A DNA stretch of 64,000 nt, from positions 2,790,001 to 2,854,000 of the forward strand of contig NC_042999.1 of NCBI RefSeq assembly GCF_006345805.1, read 5' to 3'. Position numbers and translations under genes: made by a program. The notes under the pieces are model-generated. The model did not search any database. It was not told the origin of the DNA and saw nothing but the letters and a program-made list of their open reading frames with translations. The stretch is from Octopus sinensis. Lineage: Eukaryota. Of this stretch, positions 47,591 through 61,086 are shown in pieces; within the stretch, counting starts at the first letter, position 1, and each line of letters opens with the position of its first letter.

Positions 47591-48124
47591 TGAGATATAT
47601 AAGTATGAATATATTCTTGCAAGATACACTTGGCTATATAAACATTAATGTCAAAATAAAAAACGATTTACTCCCAAAGTTGATGTCAGTGTGTGTGTGT
47701 GTGTGTATATATATATATGCGTGATCACTTATGCACCAATACATATAATATATCCTTAATATACTGATACATTTAAAAATCTGTACAGTACCGGTGTAAG
47801 CTGCAAATCTGAATATTTTCAAGATCAGCGTATAGCAAATTATCAATTTTCATGCTTTGTTAGGATATGTTATTATTTTTTACTGATATTCATCGAAGCA
47901 ACTTCAATATGTAAATCAAATGACTTTGTGTGAATTAAGTTAGATTTTCTACATGACTATGAAATATTATGTTTTAGTTTCATGGCAACTATTGTTAAAT
48001 GAAACTGGGTGATGCTTTAAAATATTCAAATCTGTGCAGCCAATTTGATAACCAAGCAACGCAACTGAGAATTCGGGGTATATTATAATCTGCCACGTTA
48101 ATTTCACTTGCAAGACTAAGTTCC

Positions 48125-48535
48125 ATATGTATATGTATGTATGTGTGTGAGTGTATGTGTGTGTGTATGTATGTATGTGTGAGTGTGTGTGTATGTATGT
48201 ATGTATGTATGTATGTATGTATGTATGTATGTATGTATGTATGTATGTATGCATGTATGTATGTAATGTATGTACGTATGTATGTAATGTATATATATAT
48301 GTATGTATGTATGTAATGTATATATGTATGTATGTATGTAATGAATGAATGTATGTGTGTGTGTGTGTTTGTATGTATGTATGTAATGTATGTATGGTAT
48401 GTATATATGTATGTATGTATGTACGTATGTATGTAATGTATGTGTTTGTATATATATGTATGTATGTTTGTATGTATGTTTGTATATATGTATGTATGTA
48501 TGTAATGTATATGTATGTATGTATGTAGGTATATA
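48125..48535. repeat. (TATG)n microsatellite
   Basis: Direct reading. Confidence 0.95.
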
Positions 48536-48772
48536 AAACATTCACCAAGCGTCAGTCTAATATATTCATTGTGTAAGTCTAATGGAGTTTCACTGCTTTT
48601 ATCTATTTTTTTTTTAATTTATGATTTCACTAAATATGCATAAATGAGTGTATGTGTATATATATGTGAGTAAATATGTATCTATGTGTATGTGCATAAT
48701 ATGTACATAGATATGTATGAATGTATATGTATGCATGTGTGTGTTTGTACATAATATATGCAAATAAATGTG

Positions 48773-48820
<48 letters not shown>

Positions 48821-49521
48821 TACATATATATATATATGTATATTCATAAATACATATATATGCATACACATAATACTTACATGCATGCATCTCTATAGAT
48901 AAACACACACATATACCCACATGCATATATATATAATATATATATATAATATATATATATATATACATATACACACATATAAATATTTGGGTGGGAGCTG
49001 AAGCAATGACAAATATTAAATAAAGTGCCCAAGAAGGAAACAATCTACACTAACACAATGAAAATCTTATTAATGTGTGTTTGTGTGTATGTGCATGTGA
49101 ATGCATTTATGTGTGTATTCATATGTGAGTGCGTGTGGCATATTGGTTATTGTGTAAATCTCATGAAGGTTGTGCGTTCGATTCCTGAACTAGCTGGAAC
49201 ATTGTGACCTTGGGTTATACACTTCATTTTCCTTTGCTTCTGCCTGTGAGCCTCAGGATGTGTGCCTCCAAGAAGGCGGGGAAGGTTTTAGCCCGACAAT
49301 GGACTTGTCATTTTCTGGGGTAAGTCATGCATTCCCAGGTGCTTTTATGCCTTAGAGTCCAGGATAAGCTTCAGCCTAATAACTCACTTTATGAGCACTC
49401 CACAGACACGCCACACTTTAATACATACATATGTATATGTCTATGCATATATATATATGTGTGTGTGTGTATGTGTGTATAACTTATTTTAAATCTCCTG
49501 GGCAAGAGATATGTAGTAACA

Positions 49522-49560
<39 letters not shown>

Positions 49561-50015
49561 AAGATTGTGGTTTCGATTCCTGGACAGAGTGATGTGTTGT
49601 GTTCTTGAGCAAAACACTTCATTTCACTTTGCTCCAGTCCACTCAGCTGGCAAAAATGAGTAACGCTGCGATGGACTGGCATCCTATCCAGCTGGGGAAC
49701 ACAGGCACCATAGAAACCGGGAAACGGGGCCCATGAGCCTGACTAGGCTTTAAAAGGGCACATTTATTTATTTATTTATTTATTTATATATATTTATATA
49801 TATATATATATATAATATATATACACACACACGCACATATATACATAAATTTAAAGTTAACAAAAAATGAAGAAATATTGATCACCAACAATTGACTAAC
49901 ATCGATTATCACATTTTAATACAAATAAACTTTCTCCCATCTAACAGCTGTTTCTACTTCCAGTGCTACACGGTGTTGCTATTGAAAATTCTAAAAATAA
50001 CATTCATCATATTTT

Positions 50016-50193
50016 GTAACACATCCAATCTGGAACAGAGAGCTTCATCACAGTGAAGAAAAATGCATAAAGGAAAAGAAAAGAAATATAATTAAGCCAT
50101 TCTTCTTCTGCTCGAGGCTCTTCTTCTTTTCTTTTCATTTGTGTATTTTTCTTCACTCTGATGAAGCTCCATGTTCCAGATCAGATGTGTTGC
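50016..50193. repeat. 70-bp imperfect inverted repeat (50016-50085 / 50124-50193)
   Basis: Manual reverse-complement alignment; the right arm contains CTGATGAAGCTC. Confidence 0.75.
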
Positions 50194-51133
50194 AAGTTTT
50201 TCCTAACTGAAAAATAATATTCGTATTGGGAGAAATACCTAAATGAGCATCTTTTTTTAAAAAAAAAAAAGCAAGAGAGAGAGAGAGAGAAGGGAGAAAG
50301 GGGCAGGGAGGGAAAGAGGGCGACACAGACATACAGACAGACAGAAAACAAAGCTGAATGACAACCTTATTTGTCTGGAGTTCTGCAAAGGAGATGAGGT
50401 CATTTACCTTTTTGTGTCTCTCTTTCTCTTTCTCTCTCTTCTACCCCCTTTCTCTCTCTTAAAAGCTACTTCATTATACAAGTATTAGGGAGGAAGAGAG
50501 AGAGAAAGAGTCTGTGTGTGTGTGTGTGTGTGTGAATGAGAGAGACGAAGAAAGAGGAAGACACTGACTGCACCAACAACAAAACATTAGGGTTTACATG
50601 AATAATACAGAAAAGCAACAGACAGCATCTCTTATTGCAGAATGGTGCCATTCTGACTTTGGCACATTTTGGAACGATGCCTGTTCATGTATTTTATATC
50701 ATATTATTTTCCTATCGTTTCTGATTCTTCAGTTGGACAACGATTCCACAATTAAACTTTTGCTATTTTAATTACTTCCTTTATTCGTTTATTTTGTAAT
50801 TATTATTGCTTGTTTAATTTTCCTTGCTACGAAGGAGATAGTTTTGATACAATAAAATATCTGCAGATACAGTAAGCAATTTATATAAATTGATATATGA
50901 GCTACGAGGTCTAATTACCATCCTTTTAATTATTTAATAGCACATGTATATTCACCCATACATACATATGTATAAAGTAAGTTGATAAGCTTATAAAGTG
51001 AATCGCACAGGTTTATTATTATACACACACACACACACACACACACTCATATACATATATGCACTAGCATACACACAGAGCACTCTGGAGAAATACACAT
51101 ATATTTCATACTTGCTACATACATATTTGCACA

Positions 51134-51170
<37 letters not shown>

Positions 51171-51523
51171 TCAACATCATCATCATCATCATCATTTAAC
51201 ATCTGCCTTCCATGCTAGCATGGGTTGGACATTTGACTGAGGACTGGTGAACCAGATGGCTGCACCTGGCTCCAATCTGATCTGACATAGTTTCTACAGC
51301 TGGGTGCCCTTCCTAATGCCAACCACTCCGAGAGTGTAGTGGGTGCTTTTATGTGCCACCAGCATGAGCACCAATCAGGTGGTACTGACAACAGCCACGC
51401 TCAAATGGTGTTTTTTACATGCCACCTTCACAATGTCCAGTCTGGGAATCGAAACCACGATCCTACAATTGCGAATCCGCTGCCCTAACCACTGGGCCAT
51501 TGTACCTCCACACACACACACAT

Positions 51524-51566
<43 letters not shown>

Positions 51567-52323
51567 AAAACATGTTAATATCGACCACTGGGAATGAATG
51601 TTCAACACTGGATTGTTGGATGAATATTCTTAATTTGTGGGTTAACAAATCCACCATTGGTTTCATGTAGAGAAATCTCTCTACAGTTATCAAGCTTGGC
51701 ACATAGGAACGTTGGTACCCATCACCATCTTGGCTAAAAATACACACACACATGTATATGTATATATATATGTGTGTGAGAGAGAGAGAGAGTGTGTGTG
51801 TGCGTGTATGTATGTATATATTTTATACATTAAGTATATAAATTAATCAGGCAAGCTTACTGCTTACTTGTGTGTTTTCATACACAAAATGTAGGCTGTA
51901 CAGACTTACAAACAACCAACAATAGTTACAAAGTACAAAGTACTCAATAGAAAGCACAGAGCAATATAGTGAATAATGATTAAAGTCATACAAATCCATT
52001 GATACTTAATATTTTACTGCAAATACTTCATTCATCAAAAATAGTGGTTGGAATGCATTTTGACACTTCTCTAAGTTATTCACGTGTTTGTCTAGTAATT
52101 TTTTTGTTTTTCGTTTTGGCCTACAGTTTTTGCATAACACTTCTTGAATAATTCATTATTTTAGGTTTCCTATAATTATTCTATGATCTTTCACTAATAA
52201 TTAAGGTAAAAGGAGAATTATATTATTCAACGAGATCGATTTATTTTTCGTAAACAATATCTTTCCAGAATAATTGTTACCACAGAATCATTTAAACATT
52301 CAAATACTATTCTTATGCTCGGT

Positions 52324-52972
52324 TATTCATACGTTAATAATTTTATAAAGCTCTATATCTTTCACTGTTGTGTTTACAAAGAATTATAAAAAAAATGACC
52401 CTTTAATCTCACTATTCCGAGAATTATATAATAAACAGAAAACCATTTTATGAGTGTAAACCACCATTTAGTTAATTCATGTCTCTGTACAACACCAAAT
52501 AAATTTTTTATAAAAATTGTTTATGAATACTTAATAATAATACTTTTTTGATGCAGTCTCCTCCACGTGTATATCATATTCATTTAATGGTCTGCCCCAT
52601 ACTGGCCATATATCTTTCAAGGTGGTGAGCCGGCAGAAATGTTAGCACGCCGGGTGAAATGCGTAGCTGTATTTCATCTGCCGTTACGTTCTGAGTTCAA
52701 ATTCTGCCGAAGTCGACTTTGCCTTTCATCCTTTCGGGGTCGATAAATTAAGTAAGTACCAGTTACACACTGGGGTCGATGTAATCGACTTAATCTGTTT
52801 GTCTGTCCTTGTTTGTCTCCTCTGTGTTTAGCCCTTGTGGGTAGTATAGAAATATATATTAATGGTTCTGTCATTCTCAGAATAGTGAGATTAAAGGGTT
52901 ATTGTTTTATAATTCTTTGTAAACACAAGAGTAAAAGATATAGAGCTTTATAAAATTATTAACGTATGAATA
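52324..52972. repeat. ~100-bp inverted repeat (52324-52424 / 52873-52972) enclosing a family B SINE (52620-52855)
   Basis: Manual reverse-complement alignment, roughly 90 percent identity. Confidence 0.8.
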
Positions 52973-53415
52973 TCGCAGCCATGCCGGGGCCCCACTTCCA
53001 GGGTTCAGTCCATCAAACTGACCCCAATTCTTATTTTAAGTCTGGTGTTTATTCTATCACTCTCTATTTTTTGGACCGTTATGTTACAGAATGTATAGAA
53101 GCAAAAACCTATTGAAAGGCAGGCAAAGATTAAAGCAAAAGACTCAGGTGTACACATATATGTGAAGTAAGACAGGAGTGGTTCTTTTCTGGCTCTTCTT
53201 CCTTTTCTTATTTGCTTTACTCCTTTCCCATCCTCTTTTCATTGTCCCTTCTTTGACTTCCTTCCATTATTCGACAAAGGACTATATCCGAAACGTTATA
53301 CTTTCATTCTGTCACTTTTATTCAATAATTTTTTCCTACTTGGAGCATCATCTTGATAATATTATCTGTGAACTGTTCTTTGATTACTTTGTGTATTGTA
53401 TTGGTTTCCTCTGTG

Positions 53416-53450
<35 letters not shown>

Positions 53451-53849
53451 GTATGACTGGTATCTAACAAATACCCACGACATTGCAATGCAGTGCACCT
53501 AAGACTTGGCTGTTGAGATACAAACTTCTTTAACACAGCCAAGCGACCCTGTTACAATATTTATACACAACAAATGAAAGCTGTGCAAATATTTTTCAAA
53601 GACATGATTTCGTCTGTACTCTCAAGTTCCCTAAAAACGACTGTTTTATATATGCACAGCTTACTATTGAGAAGAAATTTAAGGAATATAAATAATACAA
53701 AGCAACGTTACAATGGTAACAAAGCAAAACAATCAATGAGTGATGGTCGAAGGCCTTTTGAGAGAGTTAAAGAGCCTACGATGCAGAGGACTGTAAGCTG
53801 TTTTATGGTGTTATACATGAAGTTTCGGTGCACCAACTTCCAATGTAGT

Positions 53850-54545
53850 TTCTATGATGAAGACAGACAACACTATCATCAAAGAACCAGAGAAAAAATC
53901 CAGCAGTGATGGCAAGAACACTTCACTAATTTGTTTGGCAGCTTATCATCAGCCGATTCCAGAGACCCTTTCTCATCTGAATATAAAATTCACAATGGAT
54001 CGGTCACCATCTGTGATGAAAATGGTTCTCAAAAACATAAGTGTCCATAGGGCATCTAGCCGACAGGGTTTTCTAGTTGAAATTTTGAAGGCTAGAAACG
54101 AAAAGATAACAGATGTAGTATTCAGCCTCACCTCCAATAACTGAACAAAAATCCCATAAACCAAATGATTGGATTGGTAGCATTTTAGGACAAGGAAAAA
54201 ATGGAACATGTGATCACAACTGTGATATTAGAGTCTTGAAGCAATCAGCAAAGTGATTGTTAGAGTTTTTTTGTTGAAAAGGCTGATAGAAGACATCTGT
54301 CATGCAGGATCACAGAAAAATTATTATTGTCTCAAGAAAAATTATGTCATCACACTTATGAGTACAATGCACTCTCAGATTTCAACTGATTTAAAAAGTG
54401 CTGCAAAGATACCTGAAGTTATTACATGTTACAAGAAAACAAAAGGAGGATTAGATATCCTAGATAAGATGGTAAGGACATACACTTGCAAAATAATGAC
54501 TCAAAGATGGCCTATGGTTATATTCTACAACATGATTGATATAAG
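53850..54545 (+). pseudogene. piggyBac transposase fragment
   Basis: KKNYVITLMSTMH..KIPEVITCYKKTKGGLDILDKMVRTYTCK..QRWPMVIFYNMIDI matches the piggyBac DDD C-terminal core. Confidence 0.8.
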
Positions 54546-55210
54546 AGAGTAGAGAATTGTGTAGGTGTAAAATAATTTTGGAGTATAAAGAAGGTGTGTA
54601 TACAAATAAATACGTACATTTTAATTATATATATATATATATACACATATATATATATACATATACACATACACACATAAATATATATACATACATATAT
54701 ACACACACATATAGATATATGTTCAAAGGTTATTAAATTGTTATTAAGAATGTGTAAATGTGGTTATTAATGTAAGGCAAGGGGGAGCAAACAATAATTC
54801 GAGATATAATGGTTATATTCAATATTATTAGTAGTTCAGTTATGTAAATATTTGGGAAGAAGAGAGTTATGTTATTGGAATTAGATTATCAAAGGGTTTA
54901 TACAAATTTTTAGTGAGAGACACATCTTAATGTCAAACAGGTAGTAATGTTGCCAAGTGTGTATGTTCAAAGGGTATTAAATGGGTACTAAGAATATGTA
55001 AAGGTCATTGTTTATGTGAGGCAATGGGTGCAATAATAATTCTAGATATAATGGTTATAGTCATTTTTATTATTATTATTATTATTAGTAGTAGTAGTAG
55101 TATAGTTAAGTAAAAATTTGTGAGAAAGAAAATTATATGTACAAAGCTTGAAAGGGTTTATGCAAATTCTTCAGTGAGGGGCACATCTAATGTCGAACAG
55201 TGAAACATAA

Positions 55211-55603
55211 TCTCTCTATATATAAAGTTGATGTTGTCTGTGTGTGGCAGGTTTGGTAGCCTTCAACTAACACTATCTCCTCTGAGGCCCTGCGGTGCAA
55301 GTTGACCAAAATTGAGAGTATGATAGAAGAAGGCTTGCTCTTCATTCCGTAGAAGAAAAAAATTCAAATCGGACCATGTTAACACCAAAAATTATTTACA
55401 TCAAAAAGGTGCTTTTTTTCTATGAAAATCCCTATTTTTTACGATTTTTTGACTGCTGTGTCGCCATTTTTTGGTGTATTTCAACCAGAAAAATGTTCAC
55501 TTAAAGAGAATAACAAGCTTCATAATCCAAAATTTTTGCTTTTAAAAAATTCCAATTCTAAAGGGTCAAAACAAACCCGAGCAACGCCGGGCGTTACTGC
55601 TAG
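55211..55603 (+). mobile_element. Non-autonomous Helitron-type element
   Basis: A|TC start; CCCG-AGCAACGC-CGGG hairpin; CTAG|T end. Confidence 0.8.
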
Positions 55604-55614
55604 TATATAATAAA

Positions 55615-55945
55615 GACCCACTCCGGTCATGAATGACCATGGGATTGCACCTAGAAAGTTATCCTCCTAGACACAAGTCCGGGCAAGGTTGTTTATGGAA
55701 GACCAGCAGTCGCCCATGCATACCAGCCTCCCCTCTCCACGCCACCGATGTTATCCAAGGGAAAGACAAAGGTCGATATAGCTTGGCACCAGTGACGTCG
55801 CAACTCATTTCTACAGCTGAGTGAACTGGAGCAACGTGAAATAAAGTGCTTTGCTCAAGAACACAACACGCAGCCCGGTCCGGGATTCGAGCTCACAACC
55901 TCACGATCGTAAGCTCGACGCTCTAACCACTGAGCCATGCGCCTT
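55615..55945 (-). mobile_element. Young CpG-rich tRNA-derived SINE
   Basis: Minus strand GGCGCATGGCTCAGTGGTTAGAGCG..GAGCTCGAATCCC; GTGTTCTTGAGCAAAGCAC core. Confidence 0.85.
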
Positions 55946-56019
55946 CATATAATATTAATACTATATATTATATTACATTATATAGTATAGTTATACTATT
56001 CTATCATTTAATTGTATAT

Positions 56020-56490
56020 TTATTAATTACTTAAATTTAGAGAACAAATATTTTTCTGCATGAATACAAGAAATAATTTTCTTTTTGTAAGTTAAGTAGG
56101 GCATTCTTAGAAGTAAGAATTTTGAAGGCTTCTTCGATGCATAAATAGCATTTCCTGTTATCAATTTTATAAGCTGTTTCAGAAGCAATAATATCCTTTT
56201 TAATTTCAAATTCAATAATTATCTTTCAATTCCCATATGAATTTGCTAAATCTGTTGGAGTTGATTTTCTGTTTATTTTAAGAAGATTGGAGATGGTTAG
56301 CCACGCAAGTCTTTACTTTATTTTCGGTAGAGCCAATATAAAATTTTTTTTTCAGAGCTTCAACTGTGCATTGTTAGACTACATTTCTTCTCTTACATGA
56401 ATTCTTAAATCTGCAATTAGTTTTATCTTTACCGTCAAAATTTATATAAATGTTTCTATGTGTATATTTATTAGAGCATTTGAACCAAGC
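56020..56490 (-). pseudogene. Penelope-like element GIY-YIG endonuclease C-terminal fragment
   Basis: Restored minus-strand reading ..RNVV*QCTV..FYIGSTENK..NH..FSKFIWELKDN..IEFEIK..AY..KCYLCIEE..IISCIH. Confidence 0.7.
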
Positions 56491-56499
56491 TTTTGAAGA

Positions 56500-56946
56500 A
56501 AAAAAAGATTCGCTTTAGTGAATCAAAGAAAAATAGATCCGCTTTAGTGATTTCAAAAGGAATGATATTTCATCAGGACAATGCACGACCCCACACTGCA
56601 AAGATGACATCACAGAAGATCGAAGAGCTTGGTTGGGAAAAGATTCCTCATCCACCTATTTCTCCCAACCTTGCTCCTTCACACTACCATTTGTGTCATA
56701 GTTTACAGAATCATTTCGGGGACATAACTTTCGCAAGCCAAGAGAAGGTTGAAACCGATATTTTAGAGATCTTTGCTTTAAAACCAAAACAGTTTTACAT
56801 AGATAGGATTAAAAAGCTTGTAAATAGATGGAAGGAAGTCATAGATAATCAGGGAAAGTACATTGCTGATTAAATTTCAATTAAATATAACATTTCACTT
56901 GTTTTCTTTATTCAAAATTTGGACAGAACTTGTGTAATGACCTGAT
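56500..56946 (+). pseudogene. mariner (DD34D) transposase 3' fragment with terminal-repeat remnant
   Basis: FHQDNARPHTA..PHPPISPNLAPSHYHL..LVNRWKEVIDNQGKY*; ends ..AATGACCTGATA. Confidence 0.85.
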
Positions 56947-58859
56947 ATGTATATGAGTGTCAATGTTCTGCGCCGTGAGGACCAAAGACTGGAGGTGTTT
57001 CGTGTTGCAAGACAGTGTGTGAGAGAGAATCGTGATGTGGTAGGAGAGAAGTGTGTTCGCATGGAAGATGGTTCACTTGCGCTAAATGAGGATGCAAAGA
57101 GAGAGGTTTGGAGATGCCACTATGAAAGGTTGCTGAATGAAGAAAATGAATGGGATAAAGAGAGTCTGCCGAATGTTGACCCAACAGAGGGACCAGCTAT
57201 CAGAGTTGATAGTTCCGTGGTAGCTAAGGCAATTAGAAGCATGAAGACAGGGAAAGCCCCAGGCCCATCAGGAATCACTGCAGAGATGCTCAAAATGTCT
57301 GGTAGTGTCGGCTATAGCCTAGTCACCCGTATAGTTAATCAGGTGATACACAAAGGGGTCATACCCAATGACTGGTGTAGCAGTATAACAGTCAACTGCT
57401 ACAAAGGTAAAGGTGATGCCCTAGATACAAATAACTACAGAGGTATCAAGCTGTTGGACCAGGTGATGAAGGTTACGGAGAGGGTCATAGCCCAACTAAT
57501 TAGAGAGAGAGTTAGTTTAGTTTATGAGATGCAGTTTGGGTTTGTGCCAGGGAAAAGTACTACTGATGCTATATTCCTGGTAAGGCAGCTGCAGGAGAAA
57601 TACCTAGCCAAAGATAAGCCCCTGTACCTGGCTTTTGTTGACATGGAGAAAGCCTTCGACAGGGTCCCCCGATCCCTTATCTGGTGGGCAATGAGGAAAC
57701 TAGGGATAGATGAATGGTTAGTGAGAGCTGTGCAGGCCATGTACAGGGACGCCGCTAGTAGGGTGAGGGTTGGAAATGTGTACAGTGAAGAATTCCGGGT
57801 AGAGGTAGGAGTCCACCAAGGCTCAGTACTCAGCCCCCTCCTATTTATCATAGTCCTCCAGGCAATAACGGAGGAATTCAAGACAGGATGCCCTTGGGAG
57901 CTTCTCTATGCTGATGACCTTGCTCTAATTGCTGAGTCGCTATCAGAACTGGAGGAGAAGTTTCAGGTGTGGAACAAGGATTAGAATCGAAGGGCCTCAG
58001 AGTCAATCTAGCTAAAACCAAAGTCGTAATCAGTAGGAAGGTAGACAAATCACAAACACCTTCAGGTAGATGGCCCTGCTCGATCTGTAGAAAAGGTGTA
58101 GGTAGAAACTCTATAAGATGCACCAAGTGTAAGCTATGGACATAAGAGATGCAGCAATGTCAAGGAAAGCTAACTAGGAAGATGGTTTTTGTATGTGGCA
58201 GATGCTCAGGAACAATAAACACTGAAAATGCTCTGAGACCAACTTCCGTCACTTTCCAGGGAGAAAAACTAGAAATAGTTGATAGTTTCCGTTACCTAGG
58301 TGACCAAGTCAGCAGCGGGGGCGGGTGTGCTGAAAGTGTAACTGCTAGAGTAAGAATAGCTTGGGCAAAGTTCAGAGAGCTCTTACCTCTGCTGGTGACA
58401 AAAGGCCTCTCGCACAGAGTGAAAGGCAGACTGTATGATGCGTGTGTACGAACAGCCATGCTACATGGCAGTGAAACATGGGCCGTGACTGCTGAGGATA
58501 TGCGTAAGCTCGCTAGAAATGAAGCCAGTATGCTCCGATGGATGTGTAATGCCGGTACTCACACTCGGCAGAGTGTAAGTACCTTGAGAGAAAAGCTGGA
58601 CCTAAGAAGCATCAGTTGTGGTGTGCAAGAGAGACGTTTGCGCTGGTATGGTCATGTGGCGAGAATGGATGAAGATAGTTGTGTGAAAAAGTGCCACACC
58701 CTAGCGGTTGAGGGAACCTGTGGAAGAGGCAGACCCAGGAAAACCTGGGACGAGGTGGTGAAGCACGACTTTCGAACTTTAGGTCTCACTGAGGAAATGA
58801 CTAGAGACCGAGACCTCTGGAAGTGTGCTGTGCACGAGAAGACCCGGCAGGACAAGTGA
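56947..58859 (+). CDS. RTE reverse transcriptase with PHD finger (frameshifted at about 57973, 58140 and 58162)
   Basis: YRGIKL, QFGFVPGKSTTDAIF, FVDMEKAFD, GVHQGSVLSPLLF, YADD, FRYLG, RLRWYGH, GRPRKTW. Confidence 0.9.
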
Positions 58860-59470
58860 GTCCATAACCCGTGGCCTTCTACTTGGGATGGAGCCAGCCT
58901 ACGTATACATACCTTCCCTTCTTGGGACACAAAACTCTACTTGTGAAGATGTGATGAGGCAAGTGAGGATCAGAATCGAAATCGATCAATGGAAATTGCG
59001 GATGTGCTACCAGTGCCGGTGGCATGTCAAAACTCTGCTTGTGAAGACCCGTTGAGGCAAGTGACGATCAGAATCGAAATCGATCAATGGAAATCGATCA
59101 ATGGAAATTGCAGATGTGTTACCAGTGCCGGTGTGGCATGTAAGAGAACTTTCCGTTTCGCGACCGTTGCCAGCACCGCCCCGTTTCGTGTCCATTGCCA
59201 GCCTCACCTGGCCCTCGTGCCGGTGGCACATAAAAAGCACCATCCGTCGTGGCCGTTTACCAGCTCTGTCTGGCACCAGTGCGGGTGGCACGTAAAAAGC
59301 ACCCACTACACTCACGGAGTGGTTGGCGTTAGGAAGGGCATCCAGCCGTAGAAACACTGCCAGATTTGACTGGGCCTGATGAAGCCTACTGGCTTCACAG
59401 ACCCCAGTAGAACCGTCCAACCCATGCTAGCATGGAAAACGGACGCTAAACGATGATGATGATGATGATG
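56955..59470 (+). mobile_element. 5'-truncated RTE-clade LINE (no endonuclease) with long repetitive 3' UTR and (GAT)n tail
   Basis: RT ORF pieces, a 3' UTR containing GGTTGGCGTTAGGAAGGGCATCC, and a GAT tail at 59452-59470. Confidence 0.9.
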
Positions 59471-59585
59471 ATATATATATATATATATATACATATATAT
59501 ATGTATAGTATATATATATATATTATATATACATATATATATGTATATATGTATATATTTATATATATGTATATATATATATATT

Positions 59586-59642
<57 letters not shown>

Positions 59643-59865
59643 GTGTATATATATTATATATGATGTTATATATATTATATTATATATAATATATATATAT
59701 ATATATGTATATACATATATATATATATATAATATGTATATATACATAGATATATTAATATATATACATGTATATATACATATATATATATACATATGAT
59801 ATATACATATATATATACATATATATATGTATATATATATGTATATACATATATATATACATATA

Positions 59866-59910
<45 letters not shown>

Positions 59911-59919
59911 TTAGATATA

Positions 59920-59962
<43 letters not shown>

Positions 59963-60050
59963 ATGTATATATACATATATATATATACATATATATATAT
60001 ATATGTATATATAATATATATGTATATACATATATATGTATATATACATC
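59470..60050. repeat. (TA)n/(TATG)n microsatellite
   Basis: Direct reading. Confidence 0.95.
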
Positions 60051-60599
60051 ATGGACTTTCCTGTCATTAGACGACGTATGAACGTTCAGCAATCTCTTGC
60101 TGGACAACAACTCAGAAAACTTGTTTATAGTGATCAAATGTTTGTGTATACATAAGCTCACTCCCTCCTTCAAATTGACATTAGCTATACAGATGATGAA
60201 ATGACCGCAGTGTAGTGTTTTGCTCAAGAACACAATGCAACACTTGGTCAGGGAATTGAACCCGTGATCTCGCAATCGTGACAGCAACACTCTAACCACT
60301 AAGCCATGTGCCTTCACACACACGGACACATATATATGTATATATACATTCACATATACATATGTAGCAAGAATATATTGGATTCAATACATACGTATGA
60401 AAATTTACACATACAACTATACTCATTTTATTGATATATGTGAGAGAGTGTGGGTAAATGTATGTGAGTGTACATCTCTATCCATACACCTACCCGTAAT
60501 ATATGTATATAATGTATTTGTATGAGTGTGTGTATATATATATTCGGGGACACACACTGGCATGTATTTACACACACATAGATATATATTTCTTTATTG

Positions 60600-60820
60600 C
60601 CTAGAGGAGGCTATATATAGAGTGGACAAACAAGGACAGACAATAGGATTGTCGATATCATTGACCCCAGTAAGTAACGGGTACTTATTTAATCGACCCA
60701 GAAAGAATGAAAGACAAAGTCGACCTGGATGGAATTTGAACTCAGAACATAATGGCAGATAAAATATCGCTATGCATTTTGCCCAGCATGTTAACATTTC
60801 TGCCAGCTCGCCACCTTAAC
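60600..60820 (-). mobile_element. SINE family B
   Basis: Reverse complement of the family B consensus. Confidence 0.8.
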
Positions 60821-60974
60821 ACATATATATATATGCATATATAATTGTAAATGGAATTTTCATACATGTGTGTGCGTATATATATATATATATATATCCC
60901 TCCTTCTTCCCTTCTTTCCTGAGCACCCAATAATACTATATTTGTTCCACGTCTTCGTGTTGTTGTGTGCTTTT

Positions 60975-61011
<37 letters not shown>

Positions 61012-61041
61012 TATATACATATATACATATATATATATATT

Positions 61042-61086
<45 letters not shown>

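Noticed and set aside
50466-50651. Minus-strand ORF with hydrophobic, signal-peptide-like start
   Set aside because: Runs into CA/GA microsatellite; no splice or homology support.
54763-55202. Diverged ~250-bp tandem duplication
   Set aside because: Visible but AT-rich, non-coding and unremarkable.
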